Assembly (NCBI GenBank): GCA_046565645.1
Contig: JBKHYD010000046.1
Span: 28,380-92,379 of the forward strand
Direction: 5' to 3'
DNA length: 64,000 nucleotides
From: Acidimicrobiia bacterium
Lineage (GTDB): Bacteria; Actinomycetota; Acidimicrobiia; Acidimicrobiales; VFJN01
Numbering within the stretch: position 1 is the first letter of the stretch; each line of letters begins with the position of its first letter. Under the pieces are notes generated by a model. That model saw nothing but the letters and a program-made list of their open reading frames with translations, was not told the DNA's origin and ran no database searches. Made by a program: the position numbers and the translations under genes. This document shows positions 45,184 through 53,657 of this stretch, piece after piece.

Positions 45184-47097
45184 TCAGCGCTCGGCGGCCT
45201 CGGGCGTCCGACCCGAGTACCAGCCGATGCGGTCCTTGCCGTTGCGCTTCGCCTCGAGGAGCGCGGCGTCGGCCTCGTGGATCAGCGACTCGACGGTGCA
45301 GTCGCGCGAAGCGACCGCCAGCCCGACCGTGCATCGCAGCGGGATCGGGTCGTCGTCGGGGATCCGGACAGCGCGGGCGCGCACTGCCAGCCGGATCCGC
45401 TCGGCCAGCTCCTCCGCCTCGGCCACGTCGTCGCCCCCGTCGGTGAGCACTCCGGCCACGAGGAACTCGTCGCCGCCCAGCCGGGCCACGACGTCCGACG
45501 CCCGGGTGGCCGAGCGGAGCGCGTCGGCGGTCAGGCGCAGGGCGTCGTCGCCGGCGGCGTGGGAGTGCTCGTCGTTGATGGGCTTGAGCCCGTCCATGTC
45601 GATGAACAGGGCCACGACGCTGCCGCCCCCGCGCTCGGCCCGGAGGAGGTCGCGGCTCACCACCTCGAAGGCGGCCGCTCGGTTGAGCAGGCCGGTGAGG
45701 GCATCGTGGGTGGCGGCCAGCTCGAGCTCCTGCCGGCGCTGCTCGGCCACCTGCATCGACGCGCGCAGTCGGTTGAGTGCGACCTGCAGGGCCCTGCCCG
45801 TGCGGCCGGGGAGGGCCTCCCGCAGCACTGGCGCCTCCGTGTCGTCGGCGAGCGCGACGGCGTGGCGCTCCACCGCGGCGAGGGTGGCAGACATCTCGTT
45901 GAACGCCCGTGCCGTGTCGGCCACCTCCCTCGGGCCCTGCTCTGGCACCGGGTCGAGCTCGAAGCTGCCCTGGTGGATCCGGTGCGCGGCGGCCTCGAGC
46001 CGGCGCATCGGCCTGGTCACCGCTCGGGCGACGAGCACGGCAGCGACCAGCGAGGCGACGGTGAGGATGACGACGGCGACGAGGCGCCTGATAGCGGCGC
46101 GGGTGGCGCCGTCGGCGTGGTGGGTGGCCAGCCGGCGGAGGTCCTGGGCGGCGGCGGTCACGGTGGCGCTGATCCCCTCCGCCCAGGTCGGGCCGTCGAT
46201 GTAGGCGTTGCCGAAGGCAGCCGGGTCCCCCCGCAGCGGCGGTTCGGTCCCGGTCGCGATCGCCGTGACCGTGTCGTCCAGCACGGCCAGGAATCGGTTC
46301 GCCGCCGGATCGGCCAGGTGCGCTTCCCACGCGGCTTGCCCGAGTGGCCCGAGACGCCCCGGGAACACCTGGGCGGCCGCCCGAAAGGTGCCGGTGGCGT
46401 CGACCAGGGAGTCGAGCTGCTCGGGCGTGGGCGAACCCATGATCGCCACCTCGGTGAGCAGGGCCCGGTCGGCGGCGGCCGACAGCGCGATGTGGGCGGC
46501 GGTCATGGCCTGGAACCGGACCTGCACCGACGCCGGCAGCGCGCTCGTCTGCGCCGACCGGATCTGGGCGTCGACACGCTCGTTCCAGACCTCCTCGATG
46601 GCCGAGCGGAGGTCGGACGTGACCCCGAGGAGCTCGTGGAACGTCACCGTACCCCTGTCGACCCTGGGGCGAAGCGCCCGGAGCCTGGTCAGCTCGTCCT
46701 GCAGGGCCGGGATCATCCCGAGCGTCGGATCGGCGTCGACGCCGGTCCGCGCCGCGGTGAGCTCCCCCACGAAGTCCTCGTCGAACATGGCGCTGAGATC
46801 CTCGGCCGTGACGCCCAGGTCTGCGCCGATGGTGAGCACGCTGGAGGCCACCTCCTCGGCGCTGACCGCGGTGCGCGCCTCGATCAGCCGGACGAACTCG
46901 TCCACGTCCTCTACGAGCTGGTCGCCGTCCCTGCGCTCGCGCTCGAGGCGCTGGGCAGAGTCCGCCGCCAGTGCCAGCATCCCGGCGAGTGGGAGGAGCG
47001 CGACGAGGAGCAGCAGCGTGGGCAGACGTCCGCGTCGTCGCGATGGCACCACCTGGGATCCCGGCTCCGAGTTGGTGTGCGCTGTCTGCTCGGTCAT
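45184..47097 (-). CDS. Membrane sensor diguanylate cyclase (extracytoplasmic helical sensor - TM - HAMP - GGDEF)
   Basis: ATG at 47097. Two TM segments flank a ~330 aa extracytoplasmic region, followed by a HAMP-like segment (RPMRRLEAAAHRI). The GGDEF domain has an intact active site (RLGGDEF) and an RxxD I-site (RASD) 5 residues upstream. Confidence 0.85.
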   Translation of the reverse strand: MTEQTAHTNSEPGSQVVPSRRRGRLPTLLLLVALLPLAGMLALAADSAQRLERERRDGDQLVEDVDEFVRLIEARTAVSAEEVASSVLTIGADLGVTAEDLSAMFDEDFVGELTAARTGVDADPTLGMIPALQDELTRLRALRPRVDRGTVTFHELLGVTSDLRSAIEEVWNERVDAQIRSAQTSALPASVQVRFQAMTAAHIALSAAADRALLTEVAIMGSPTPEQLDSLVDATGTFRAAAQVFPGRLGPLGQAAWEAHLADPAANRFLAVLDDTVTAIATGTEPPLRGDPAAFGNAYIDGPTWAEGISATVTAAAQDLRRLATHHADGATRAAIRRLVAVVILTVASLVAAVLVARAVTRPMRRLEAAAHRIHQGSFELDPVPEQGPREVADTARAFNEMSATLAAVERHAVALADDTEAPVLREALPGRTGRALQVALNRLRASMQVAEQRRQELELAATHDALTGLLNRAAAFEVVSRDLLRAERGGGSVVALFIDMDGLKPINDEHSHAAGDDALRLTADALRSATRASDVVARLGGDEFLVAGVLTDGGDDVAEAEELAERIRLAVRARAVRIPDDDPIPLRCTVGLAVASRDCTVESLIHEADAALLEAKRNGKDRIGWYSGRTPEAAER

Positions 47098-47235
47098 GGC
47101 CGTCCGCGGGTTGTCCCGAGGCCCCGTCGTGCCCCAGTGGTGGCGGTGGTCGCCTCCCGGAGACCGTTGCGATCGTACCTGCCGCTCCGCGTCGTGGCCC
47201 ATGCCGCGAGGGTGGCGATGGGCGTCGTCGAGGCG

Positions 47236-48384
47236 TCAGAGGCGCTCGATGATCGTGACGTTGGCCTGGCCGCCGCCTTCGCACATCGTCTGCAGGCCGT
47301 AGCGACCCCCGGTGCGCTCGAGCTCGTTCAAGAGGGTCGTCATGAGCCTCGCCCCGGTGGCGCCGAGTGGGTGGCCGAGGGCGATGGCACCGCCGTTCAC
47401 GTTCACCTTGGTGAGGTCGGCGTCGAGCTCCTTCTGCCAGGCCAGCACCACCGAGGCGAAGGCCTCGTTGATCTCGACGAGATCGATGTCGTCCAGCGTG
47501 AGCCCGGTGCGCTCCAGCGCGTGGCGGGTGGCCGGGATGGGCGCCGTGAGCATGTAGATCGGGTCGTCGGCGCGGACGCTCATGTGGTGGATCCGGGCCC
47601 GGGGCGTGAGCCCGTGGGCGTCGAGCCCGGCCTGGTTGGTGATGAGCATCGCCGCCGAGGCGTCGCTGATCTGGGAGGCGACGGCGGCGGTGACCCGCCC
47701 GCCCTCGACGAGGGTGGGCAGCGAGCGGATCTTCTCCCAGCTCGGCTCGCGGGGCCCCTCGTCGTGGTCGAGCCCGCCCAGCGGGGCGATCTCGGCCTCG
47801 AAGCGGCCCTCGGCCCGGGCCCGCAGCGCCCGCTCGTGGCTCTCGACGGCGAAGACCTCCATGTCCTCCCGACTGATGTCCCACTTCTCGGCGATGAGCT
47901 CGGCGCCCCGGAACTGGCTGACCTCCCCGTCGCCGTAGCGGGCCACCCAGCCCTCGCTGCCGGTGAACGGGTCCTCGAAGCCGAGCGGGGCGGCGAGCGT
48001 CATGGCGCTGCTGATCGGGATCTGGGACATCTGCTGCACGCCGCCGGCCACGACGACGTCGTTCACGCCGGCCATCACGGCCTGGGCGGCGAAGTGGACG
48101 GCCTGCTGGGCGGAGCCGCACTGGCGGTCGATCGTGGTGCCCGGGACGTGCTCGGGGAGCCCGGCGGCCAGCCAGCAGGTGCGGGCGATGTCGCCGGCCT
48201 GGCCCCCGACCGTGTCGACGCAGCCGAACATGACGTCCTCGACGGCGGCGGGGTCGATCCCCGTGCGCTCCATGAGCGCGCTGAGCGAGTGGGCCCCGAG
48301 GTCGGCGGGGTGGACCTGGCTCAGGCCCCCGCCCCGGCGCCCGACGGGGGTGCGGACGGCGTCGACGATGAAGGCTTCGGGCAT
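47236..48384 (-). CDS. Acetyl-CoA acyltransferase, FadA6/FadA5-like thiolase
   Basis: The ATG at 48384 is preceded by AGGAG. FIVDAVRTPVGRRGG, the active-site DRQCGSAQQA, NVNGGAIALGHPLG and CEGGGQA are present. The N-terminal 130 aa closely resemble my recollection of Mtb FadA6. Confidence 0.9.
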   Translation of the reverse strand: MPEAFIVDAVRTPVGRRGGGLSQVHPADLGAHSLSALMERTGIDPAAVEDVMFGCVDTVGGQAGDIARTCWLAAGLPEHVPGTTIDRQCGSAQQAVHFAAQAVMAGVNDVVVAGGVQQMSQIPISSAMTLAAPLGFEDPFTGSEGWVARYGDGEVSQFRGAELIAEKWDISREDMEVFAVESHERALRARAEGRFEAEIAPLGGLDHDEGPREPSWEKIRSLPTLVEGGRVTAAVASQISDASAAMLITNQAGLDAHGLTPRARIHHMSVRADDPIYMLTAPIPATRHALERTGLTLDDIDLVEINEAFASVVLAWQKELDADLTKVNVNGGAIALGHPLGATGARLMTTLLNELERTGGRYGLQTMCEGGGQANVTIIERL

Positions 48385-48398
48385 CGGGTGGCTCCTGG

Positions 48399-49409
48399 TC
48401 AGGGCATGAGCGCGTCGGCGACGCGGTCGGTGTGGAAGGCGGTGTCGCCCCAGGCCCGGGTGAGGGCCCAGGAGCGCTTGAGGAACAGGTGGAGGTCGGC
48501 CTCCACCGTGTAGCCGATGGCGCCGTGGCACTGCAGCGCAGCCCGGCCGGCGCAATCGACGGCCCCGTCCGCCATGGCCTTGGCGGCGGAGACGTCACGG
48601 CTCCGGCTGGGGAGGTCGTGGGCGATGGACCACGCCGCTCGCCAGACGACCGGGCGGGCGTGCTCGAGCGCCAGCGCCACGTCGGCGCAGTGGTGCTTCA
48701 CGGCCTGGAACGAGCCGACCGGCACGCCGAACTGGTGGCGCTCACGCACGTAGGCGACGGTCTGGTCGAGCATGGCCTGCGCGAAGCCGAGGAGCACCGC
48801 GGCGGTGCCCAGGGCCCCGCGGTCGAAGGCCAGCTCGATCGCCGCGGGGTCGTCGGTGACGGCCGGCCCGGCCGCCGCGACCGTGCCGCGGCCGGTCGCG
48901 GGCGTCGCCTGTCCGGCGGCCTCGCCGGGGTGGCGCTCGACGCGGGCGGCGCGGCGGGACCGGTCGACGGTGTCGACGGGGCGCAGCCCCACCTCCCCGG
49001 GCGACGTGCGGACGAGGCCCGGGCCGTCCCGCAGCAGCAGCACGTCGGCGTCGGCGGCGCATGGCACGTTGGGTCCACCCAGGTCGGTGCTCACCATGCC
49101 CGCGTCGGCTCCGAGCAGGGGGGCGGCGACCATCGCCGTCTCGACCACCGGGTGGGGGAGAGCGGCCCGCCCGCAGGCCTCGAGGAGCGGCACCAGGAAG
49201 GTCTCGTCCAGCCCCAGGCCCCCCTGGTCCTCCGGCACCAGCACCGACAGCACCCCCATGCCGGCCAGGTCGTCCCACACGGCTCGGTCGAGCGCCCCGG
49301 CCGGTGCCTCCCAGGCGGCCCGCACGACCGAGGGCGGGCACGCCTTGCCCAACAGGTCGTCCACAGCGTCCCGGAACGCCTCCTGGTCGGGCGACAGCGC
49401 GAACCTCAT
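48399..49409 (-). CDS. Acyl-CoA dehydrogenase family protein (smaller partner of a probable heteromeric FadE pair)
   Basis: 336 aa with an ACAD N-terminal and C-terminal fold (MRFALSPDQEAFRDAV...; ...LQCHGAIGYT...). It has an ATGA overlap with the upstream ACAD gene. Confidence 0.8.
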   Translation of the reverse strand: MRFALSPDQEAFRDAVDDLLGKACPPSVVRAAWEAPAGALDRAVWDDLAGMGVLSVLVPEDQGGLGLDETFLVPLLEACGRAALPHPVVETAMVAAPLLGADAGMVSTDLGGPNVPCAADADVLLLRDGPGLVRTSPGEVGLRPVDTVDRSRRAARVERHPGEAAGQATPATGRGTVAAAGPAVTDDPAAIELAFDRGALGTAAVLLGFAQAMLDQTVAYVRERHQFGVPVGSFQAVKHHCADVALALEHARPVVWRAAWSIAHDLPSRSRDVSAAKAMADGAVDCAGRAALQCHGAIGYTVEADLHLFLKRSWALTRAWGDTAFHTDRVADALMP

Positions 49410-50560
49410 CGCGGGAGCCCCAGGAGGCGCTCAGCGGCGATGTTGCGCTGGATCTCGTTGGTGCCGGCATAGATGGGCCCCGACAGCGAGAACTGCCAGC
49501 CCTTCGACCAGGGGCCCTCGAGCTCGGCGTCGGGACCGAGGAGGTCGAGCGCGAGGCGGTGCAGCTCGATGTCGAGCTCGGACCACCAGAGCTTGGTCAG
49601 GCTGGCCTCGGCGCCCGGCTTGGCGCCCGCCGCCAGGCGGGTGACCGTGGCCAGGGTCTGCTGCTGGTAGGCGTCGGCGTGCATCCAGGCGGTGGCGGCC
49701 CGCCGCCGCAGCTCCCGGTTCCCGGTCGCGGCGGCCAGCTCGAGCAGCCGCTCGGCGGTGGCGAGGAAGCGCCCGGGCGAGCGCAGCGTCAGGCCCCGCT
49801 CGCTGCCGGCGGTGGCCATCGCCACCCGCCAGCCCTGCTCGGGCTCGCCCAGCACCACCCCGCCCGCCACGGCGTCGTCGGCCAGGAAGGCGTCGTCGAA
49901 GAACACCTCCGCGAAGCCCTCGTCGCCGTCGAGGCGCCCGAAGCCCCGCACAGTGATCCCCTCCCGGTCGAGCGGGACGAGCAGGTAGGTCAGCCCCCGG
50001 TGGCGCTCGCTGTCCGGATCGCTGCGGAACAGGCCGAACAGGTGGGTGCAGAACGCACCCCGGGTGGTCCAGGTCTTCTGGCCGTTCAGCACCCAGCCGC
50101 CCTCGACCCTCCGGGCCGTGGAGCGGACCGACGCCAGGTCGCTGCCCGCGTTGGGCTCGGACCAGCCCTGGCACCAGAGGTCCTCGGCGGCCGCCATCCG
50201 GCGCAGGATCCCGGCCTGCTGCTCGGGGGTGCCGAGCTCGAAGATGGACGGGGCCAGCAGGAAGATGCCGTTCTGGGTGACGCGGGGCGGGCAGCCGGCC
50301 CGGTAGTACTCCTCCTCGAAGAGGAGCCACTCCCACAGCGATGCCCCGCGGCCGCCGTGCTCGACCGGCCACGACACGGCCGCCCAGCCGCCCTCGAAGA
50401 GCCGCCGCTCCCAACCGAGGTGCTGCGCGAACCCGTCCCGGGTGTCACCCGAGGCCGGCTGGCCCCCGCACTCGGCCCGCCACTCGGCCAGGTTCGCCTC
50501 CAGCCACGCCCGCGCCTCGGCCCGGAACGCCTCCTCCTCCGCCGACCAGGTCAGGTCCAC
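49406..50560 (-). CDS. Acyl-CoA dehydrogenase (larger partner of the FadE pair)
   Basis: The GTG at 50560 (VDLTWSAEEEAF, preceded by GGGGGGAG) parallels the MDLGFSAEDERF start of the paralogue at 62223..63410. GWSEPNAGSDLAS and the C-terminal YAGTNEIQRN are present. The TTG at 50584 on the ORF track lies inside the repeat element and is less likely. Confidence 0.85.
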   Translation of the reverse strand: MDLTWSAEEEAFRAEARAWLEANLAEWRAECGGQPASGDTRDGFAQHLGWERRLFEGGWAAVSWPVEHGGRGASLWEWLLFEEEYYRAGCPPRVTQNGIFLLAPSIFELGTPEQQAGILRRMAAAEDLWCQGWSEPNAGSDLASVRSTARRVEGGWVLNGQKTWTTRGAFCTHLFGLFRSDPDSERHRGLTYLLVPLDREGITVRGFGRLDGDEGFAEVFFDDAFLADDAVAGGVVLGEPEQGWRVAMATAGSERGLTLRSPGRFLATAERLLELAAATGNRELRRRAATAWMHADAYQQQTLATVTRLAAGAKPGAEASLTKLWWSELDIELHRLALDLLGPDAELEGPWSKGWQFSLSGPIYAGTNEIQRNIAAERLLGLPR

Positions 50561-50581
50561 GTCGCTCCCCCCGGATCCGGG

Positions 50582-50640
50582 CAACGTCTGTGTGGGTTCT
50601 CACGCCGCTGCGGCTCGAGATCGTTCACAGACGTCGTCAT
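50582..50640. repeat. Palindromic intergenic repeat element, copy 2 (diverged)
   Basis: The reverse complement atgaCGACGTCTGTGaacgatctCGAGCCGcAGCGGCGTGAgaacCCACACAGACGTtg aligns with copy 1 at 27272..27336. The terminal TGA is the stop codon of the monooxygenase gene. Confidence 0.7.
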
Positions 50641-51716
50641 CGGGGGCCGCCGAGGTGGGCGAGGGCGGTGTCGGCCTCCTTCTCGAGGCGGGCCAGGAGG
50701 TCGGCGACGGTGGGGAGCTCGTCGATCACGCCGGTGACCTGTCCGGTCGGGAGCACGCCGACGTCGACCTTGCCCTCCACGAGCGTTGCCCTGATGAGCA
50801 TCGGGGCGTTGGCGGCCAGCGCCACCTGAGCCCAGGTGAGGTCCTGGTTCCGACGCATGGCCAGGCCCTCGCGGACGAGCTCCCGCACCGGGGTGCCGGT
50901 CTCACGGCTGAACCGCCAGGCCGCGGCGGCCGCCCGTGGGAAGCGCAGCAGCTTGGGGGACCGCTCGATCCGTTCCACCACCTCGGTGCGGATGACCCGC
51001 TGCGGGGCACCGTCGAGCGCGGTCGTCACCACGGTGTCGGTGACCGTCGCCGCCGTGTAGCGCTGCTTCACCGCGTCGGGGACCCGGCTCTCGTGGGTGA
51101 GGAGGAAGCGGGTGCCCATGGCGATCCCGTCGGCGCCATAGGCGAGGGCGGCGACGAGCCCCCGCCCGTCGAAGAACCCGCCGGCGCCCAGCACCGGGAT
51201 CTCCGCACCCACTGCGTCGACCACCTGCGGGAGCAGCAGGGTGGTGGGCACCGCGCCGGTGTGGCCGCCGCCCTCGCTGCCCTGGGCGATCACCGCGTCG
51301 ACCCCCATCTCGAGGACCTTCTCGGCGTGGCGCCGCGCCCCGACCGTCGGCATGACGAGCACGCCGGCATCGTGGCAGCGGACCACCGTGTCCCTGGTGG
51401 GGGCGCCGGCGAAGCTGACGAGGCGGACGCCCTCGGCCACGACGAAGGCGACCCGCTCGTCGAGGTCTGGCTGGTCGGCCCGGAAGTTCACCCCGAACGG
51501 GGCATCGGTGCGCTCCCTCACCGACCGCACCGCGGTGCGCAGCTCCGCTGGCGTCATGGTCACGGCGGCGAGGATCCCGAACCCGCCCGCCGCGCTCGTG
51601 GCGGCCGTCAGGTTGGCCCCCGAGACCCAGCCCATGCCCGTCTGCACCACCGGCAACCGACACCCGACGAGCCGCGTGAACCGGGTCTGGAGCGGGTTGC
51701 CGACCGGATCTGACAC
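50637..51716 (-). CDS. Nitronate monooxygenase / NAD(P)H-dependent flavin oxidoreductase (IpdC-like)
   Basis: FTRLVGCRLPVVQTGMGWVS is the NMO N-terminal motif, and GSEGGGH is present. The 359 aa length matches the 2-nitropropane-dioxygenase-type IpdC (Rv3553) class. GTG at 51716 is the only feasible start. Confidence 0.8.
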   Translation of the reverse strand: MSDPVGNPLQTRFTRLVGCRLPVVQTGMGWVSGANLTAATSAAGGFGILAAVTMTPAELRTAVRSVRERTDAPFGVNFRADQPDLDERVAFVVAEGVRLVSFAGAPTRDTVVRCHDAGVLVMPTVGARRHAEKVLEMGVDAVIAQGSEGGGHTGAVPTTLLLPQVVDAVGAEIPVLGAGGFFDGRGLVAALAYGADGIAMGTRFLLTHESRVPDAVKQRYTAATVTDTVVTTALDGAPQRVIRTEVVERIERSPKLLRFPRAAAAAWRFSRETGTPVRELVREGLAMRRNQDLTWAQVALAANAPMLIRATLVEGKVDVGVLPTGQVTGVIDELPTVADLLARLEKEADTALAHLGGPR

Positions 51717-51724
51717 ACCGTCAG
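51710..51724. promoter_or_regulatory. Candidate operator palindrome CTGAC-N5-GTCAG (site b), overlapping the GTG start and a TANNNT -10 candidate
   Basis: gatCTGACACACCGTCAGgtt. On the minus strand it reads cacTAACCTGACGGT-GTG, so TAACCT ends 6 nt before the start codon (leaderless geometry). Confidence 0.5.
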
Positions 51725-51770
51725 GTTAGTGACGCGCCCCGGAGATGGCGAACCTCTCCCGGACGGAGGC

Positions 51771-51794
51771 GGCGATCCGGTGGGGCGGATCGCC
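51771..51794 (-). terminator. Terminator hairpin after the LPXTG protein gene
   Basis: GGCGATCCG gtgggg CGGATCGCC forms a perfect 9 bp stem. It lies about 10 nt downstream of the stop at 51805. Confidence 0.5.
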
Positions 51795-51804
51795 GAGCGC
51801 GGGG

Positions 51805-52770
51805 TCAGCGCCGGGCGCGGGCGCCTCGCTGGAGGAGCGTCCCCCCGGCCACCAGGGCGGCGGCGCCGCCGGCCAGGGTGAGCAGCTCGACGCCGGTGCG
51901 GGGCAGGTACCCGGTGCCGCCCGTGGAGGCGCTGCCGACGACCTCGGCGGGCTGGCGCTCGATGTAGGCGCCGAGCACCCGGGTCTCGGAGCTGCCGAGC
52001 ACCTGCTGCTCCTCGTCACCGGTCACCTCGTCGTCGACGACGACGTCGTCGACGATCTCCTCGCCGCCCGCGTCGGCACCGGCGTCGTCGGGGCAGTCGA
52101 TCTTGAACACCTTCTGCTTGGGACCCCCGGGGGCCGTGGTGTTCTCGACCTCGAGCTTGTACATGCCGTCCTCGAGCGTGGGTCCATCGATGGCCCAGTC
52201 GCCGGTGGCGCTCAGCTGCTCGGTCGCCACCTCGGTGTCGAAGGTGCTCGGTCCGGCGTTGGGTCCGCCGTGGCCGGCGATGGTGACCTCGAGGTGGGCG
52301 TCGGCGGGGAAGCCGAAGCCGACGATGCGGAAGTCGCAGAGCTTCGGCTCGTTCCGTCGGTCGTCGTCGGCGGTGCCGACCTCGTGGACCTTCACGGTCC
52401 CGGCGTTGCCGGGAGCCTCCTCGCCCTGGGCCCCGCCCTGGCCCTGGTCGGCGGGTGGAGCCGGCGGCGGGGTGGGTTGGGCGGCCGGACGATCGGCCCT
52501 GGCCGCTTGGCTCGTGGCCGCACCCGGGGGGGTCGGCGGGGTGGGGTTGCTGCGCTCGGGGTTCGCTCCGGCGTGCTCCGGGGAAGCGGCGTGCTCCGGG
52601 GGAGCGGCAGGGGGCTCCTGATCGCTCTGGCCGGGAGCCCCGCCGTGCGGGTGGCCCTGCGGCGGGTCGGCGAGCGCCGGGACGGCGAGGGCAGATCCGG
52701 CCAGCACGAGGCCGGCGGCGGAGGCGGAGAGGGCGGCGAGGCGCCGGCGGGGGGTCCGGGCGGGGGGCAT
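51805..52770 (-). CDS. LPXTG-anchored cell-surface protein (sortase substrate), function unknown
   Basis: The ATG at 52770 is preceded by GAGGAG. A signal peptide (LAALSASAAGLVLAGSALAVPALA) and a Pro-rich stalk are followed by a ~110 aa two-Cys beta-rich module. The C-terminus is LPRTG + hydrophobic segment + RGARARR. Confidence 0.7.
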   Translation of the reverse strand: MPPARTPRRRLAALSASAAGLVLAGSALAVPALADPPQGHPHGGAPGQSDQEPPAAPPEHAASPEHAGANPERSNPTPPTPPGAATSQAARADRPAAQPTPPPAPPADQGQGGAQGEEAPGNAGTVKVHEVGTADDDRRNEPKLCDFRIVGFGFPADAHLEVTIAGHGGPNAGPSTFDTEVATEQLSATGDWAIDGPTLEDGMYKLEVENTTAPGGPKQKVFKIDCPDDAGADAGGEEIVDDVVVDDEVTGDEEQQVLGSSETRVLGAYIERQPAEVVGSASTGGTGYLPRTGVELLTLAGGAAALVAGGTLLQRGARARR

Positions 52771-52880
52771 CGGTGACTCCTCGTGGTCGGGGGAACGCAC
52801 CCGGCCCTTCCCGAGGCGATCGGCCGGCATACCCGCCGTCGCATTGCAGTTGTGTTACAATCCCCGCCGCTTCGGCGAGG

Positions 52881-53657
52881 TCAGGGGTCGGGGACCTCGC
52901 GGAGGCGGAGCCCGTCGGGGTCGATCACCGTGGCGATGAGCTCGATCTCGTCGGGGGTGGGGAGCCGGCTCTCGGGGACCTCCGCCGGGACGACGAGGTC
53001 GAACCCGGTCGCCCCCTGCACCTCCTCCACGGTGACTCCGGGGTGCACCGAGCGGAGGCGCATCCGGTGGTCGGCGGTCTCGAAGTCGAGCACGCAGAGG
53101 TTGGTGACGACCCTCCGGATCTCGTGGAACCTCGCCGCCGACGGACCGAGCGCAGCGGCGCGGTCGTACCCGATCCCGCACACGGTGTCGACGGCCTCGC
53201 ACACCACCGCCGGCGAGTGGTTCGGCACCCAGTACGAGGTCACGTCGTTGATCGTGTTGCCGGGGGCGCCCCGGTAGCCCAGCAGCTGCGCCTTCGGCTG
53301 GGCGTAGCTGCCGATGGCGGCGATGTTCTGGTTGCCGTAGCGGTCGACCTGGGTGGCGCCCATCATCACGTGGCGGCGGCCGCTCCAGACCCAGTCGAAC
53401 ATGTGGCGGTAGGGGTTGAAGTGCTCGACCACGGGGCCGTCCGGCCAGGCGAAGGCGGCGTCGTCGGCGATGAGGCGGGCCTCGCCGTCGGTCATGGCCA
53501 GGTCGGGCTCGAAGGTGGCCCGGGCCAGACGGCCGCCGATCATCGGGATGGTGCCGATCGGGTTGGCGAGGATCTCGCCGTCGCCCCGGAAGCACTCGGC
53601 CACCGCCACCGCGCACACGTCCGCCCGGTGCACGAGCTCGTGCAGCCCGCCGCTCAC
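52881..53657 (-). CDS. ipdB: CoA-transferase subunit B, IpdB-like
   Basis: VCAVAVAECFRGDGEI, ATQVDRYGNQNI, GAPGNTIN and VTNLCVLDF closely resemble my recollection of Mtb IpdB (Rv3552). The gene overlaps ipdA by 4 nt. Confidence 0.8.
   Translation of the reverse strand: MSGGLHELVHRADVCAVAVAECFRGDGEILANPIGTIPMIGGRLARATFEPDLAMTDGEARLIADDAAFAWPDGPVVEHFNPYRHMFDWVWSGRRHVMMGATQVDRYGNQNIAAIGSYAQPKAQLLGYRGAPGNTINDVTSYWVPNHSPAVVCEAVDTVCGIGYDRAAALGPSAARFHEIRRVVTNLCVLDFETADHRMRLRSVHPGVTVEEVQGATGFDLVVPAEVPESRLPTPDEIELIATVIDPDGLRLREVPDP

Noticed and set aside
45116-48598. ORFs of more than 1000 aa at 45116..48598 (-) and 45277..48513 (+).
   Set aside because: They overlap the diguanylate cyclase and thiolase genes in other frames, have junk composition and show no motifs. 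The in-frame genes carry clear catalytic signatures.
50561-50584. TTG start at 50584 for the large acyl-CoA dehydrogenase (as on the ORF track).
   Set aside because: That codon lies inside the palindromic repeat element. The GTG at 50560 has a G-rich SD and gives an N-terminus parallel to the paralogue (VDLTWSAEEEAF versus MDLGFSAEDERF).
52842-52861. TACAAT on the plus strand as a -10 promoter element.
   Set aside because: It would drive transcription antisense into ipdB with no plus-strand gene downstream, and there is no properly spaced -35. I noted it only as an AT-rich island upstream of the LPXTG gene.
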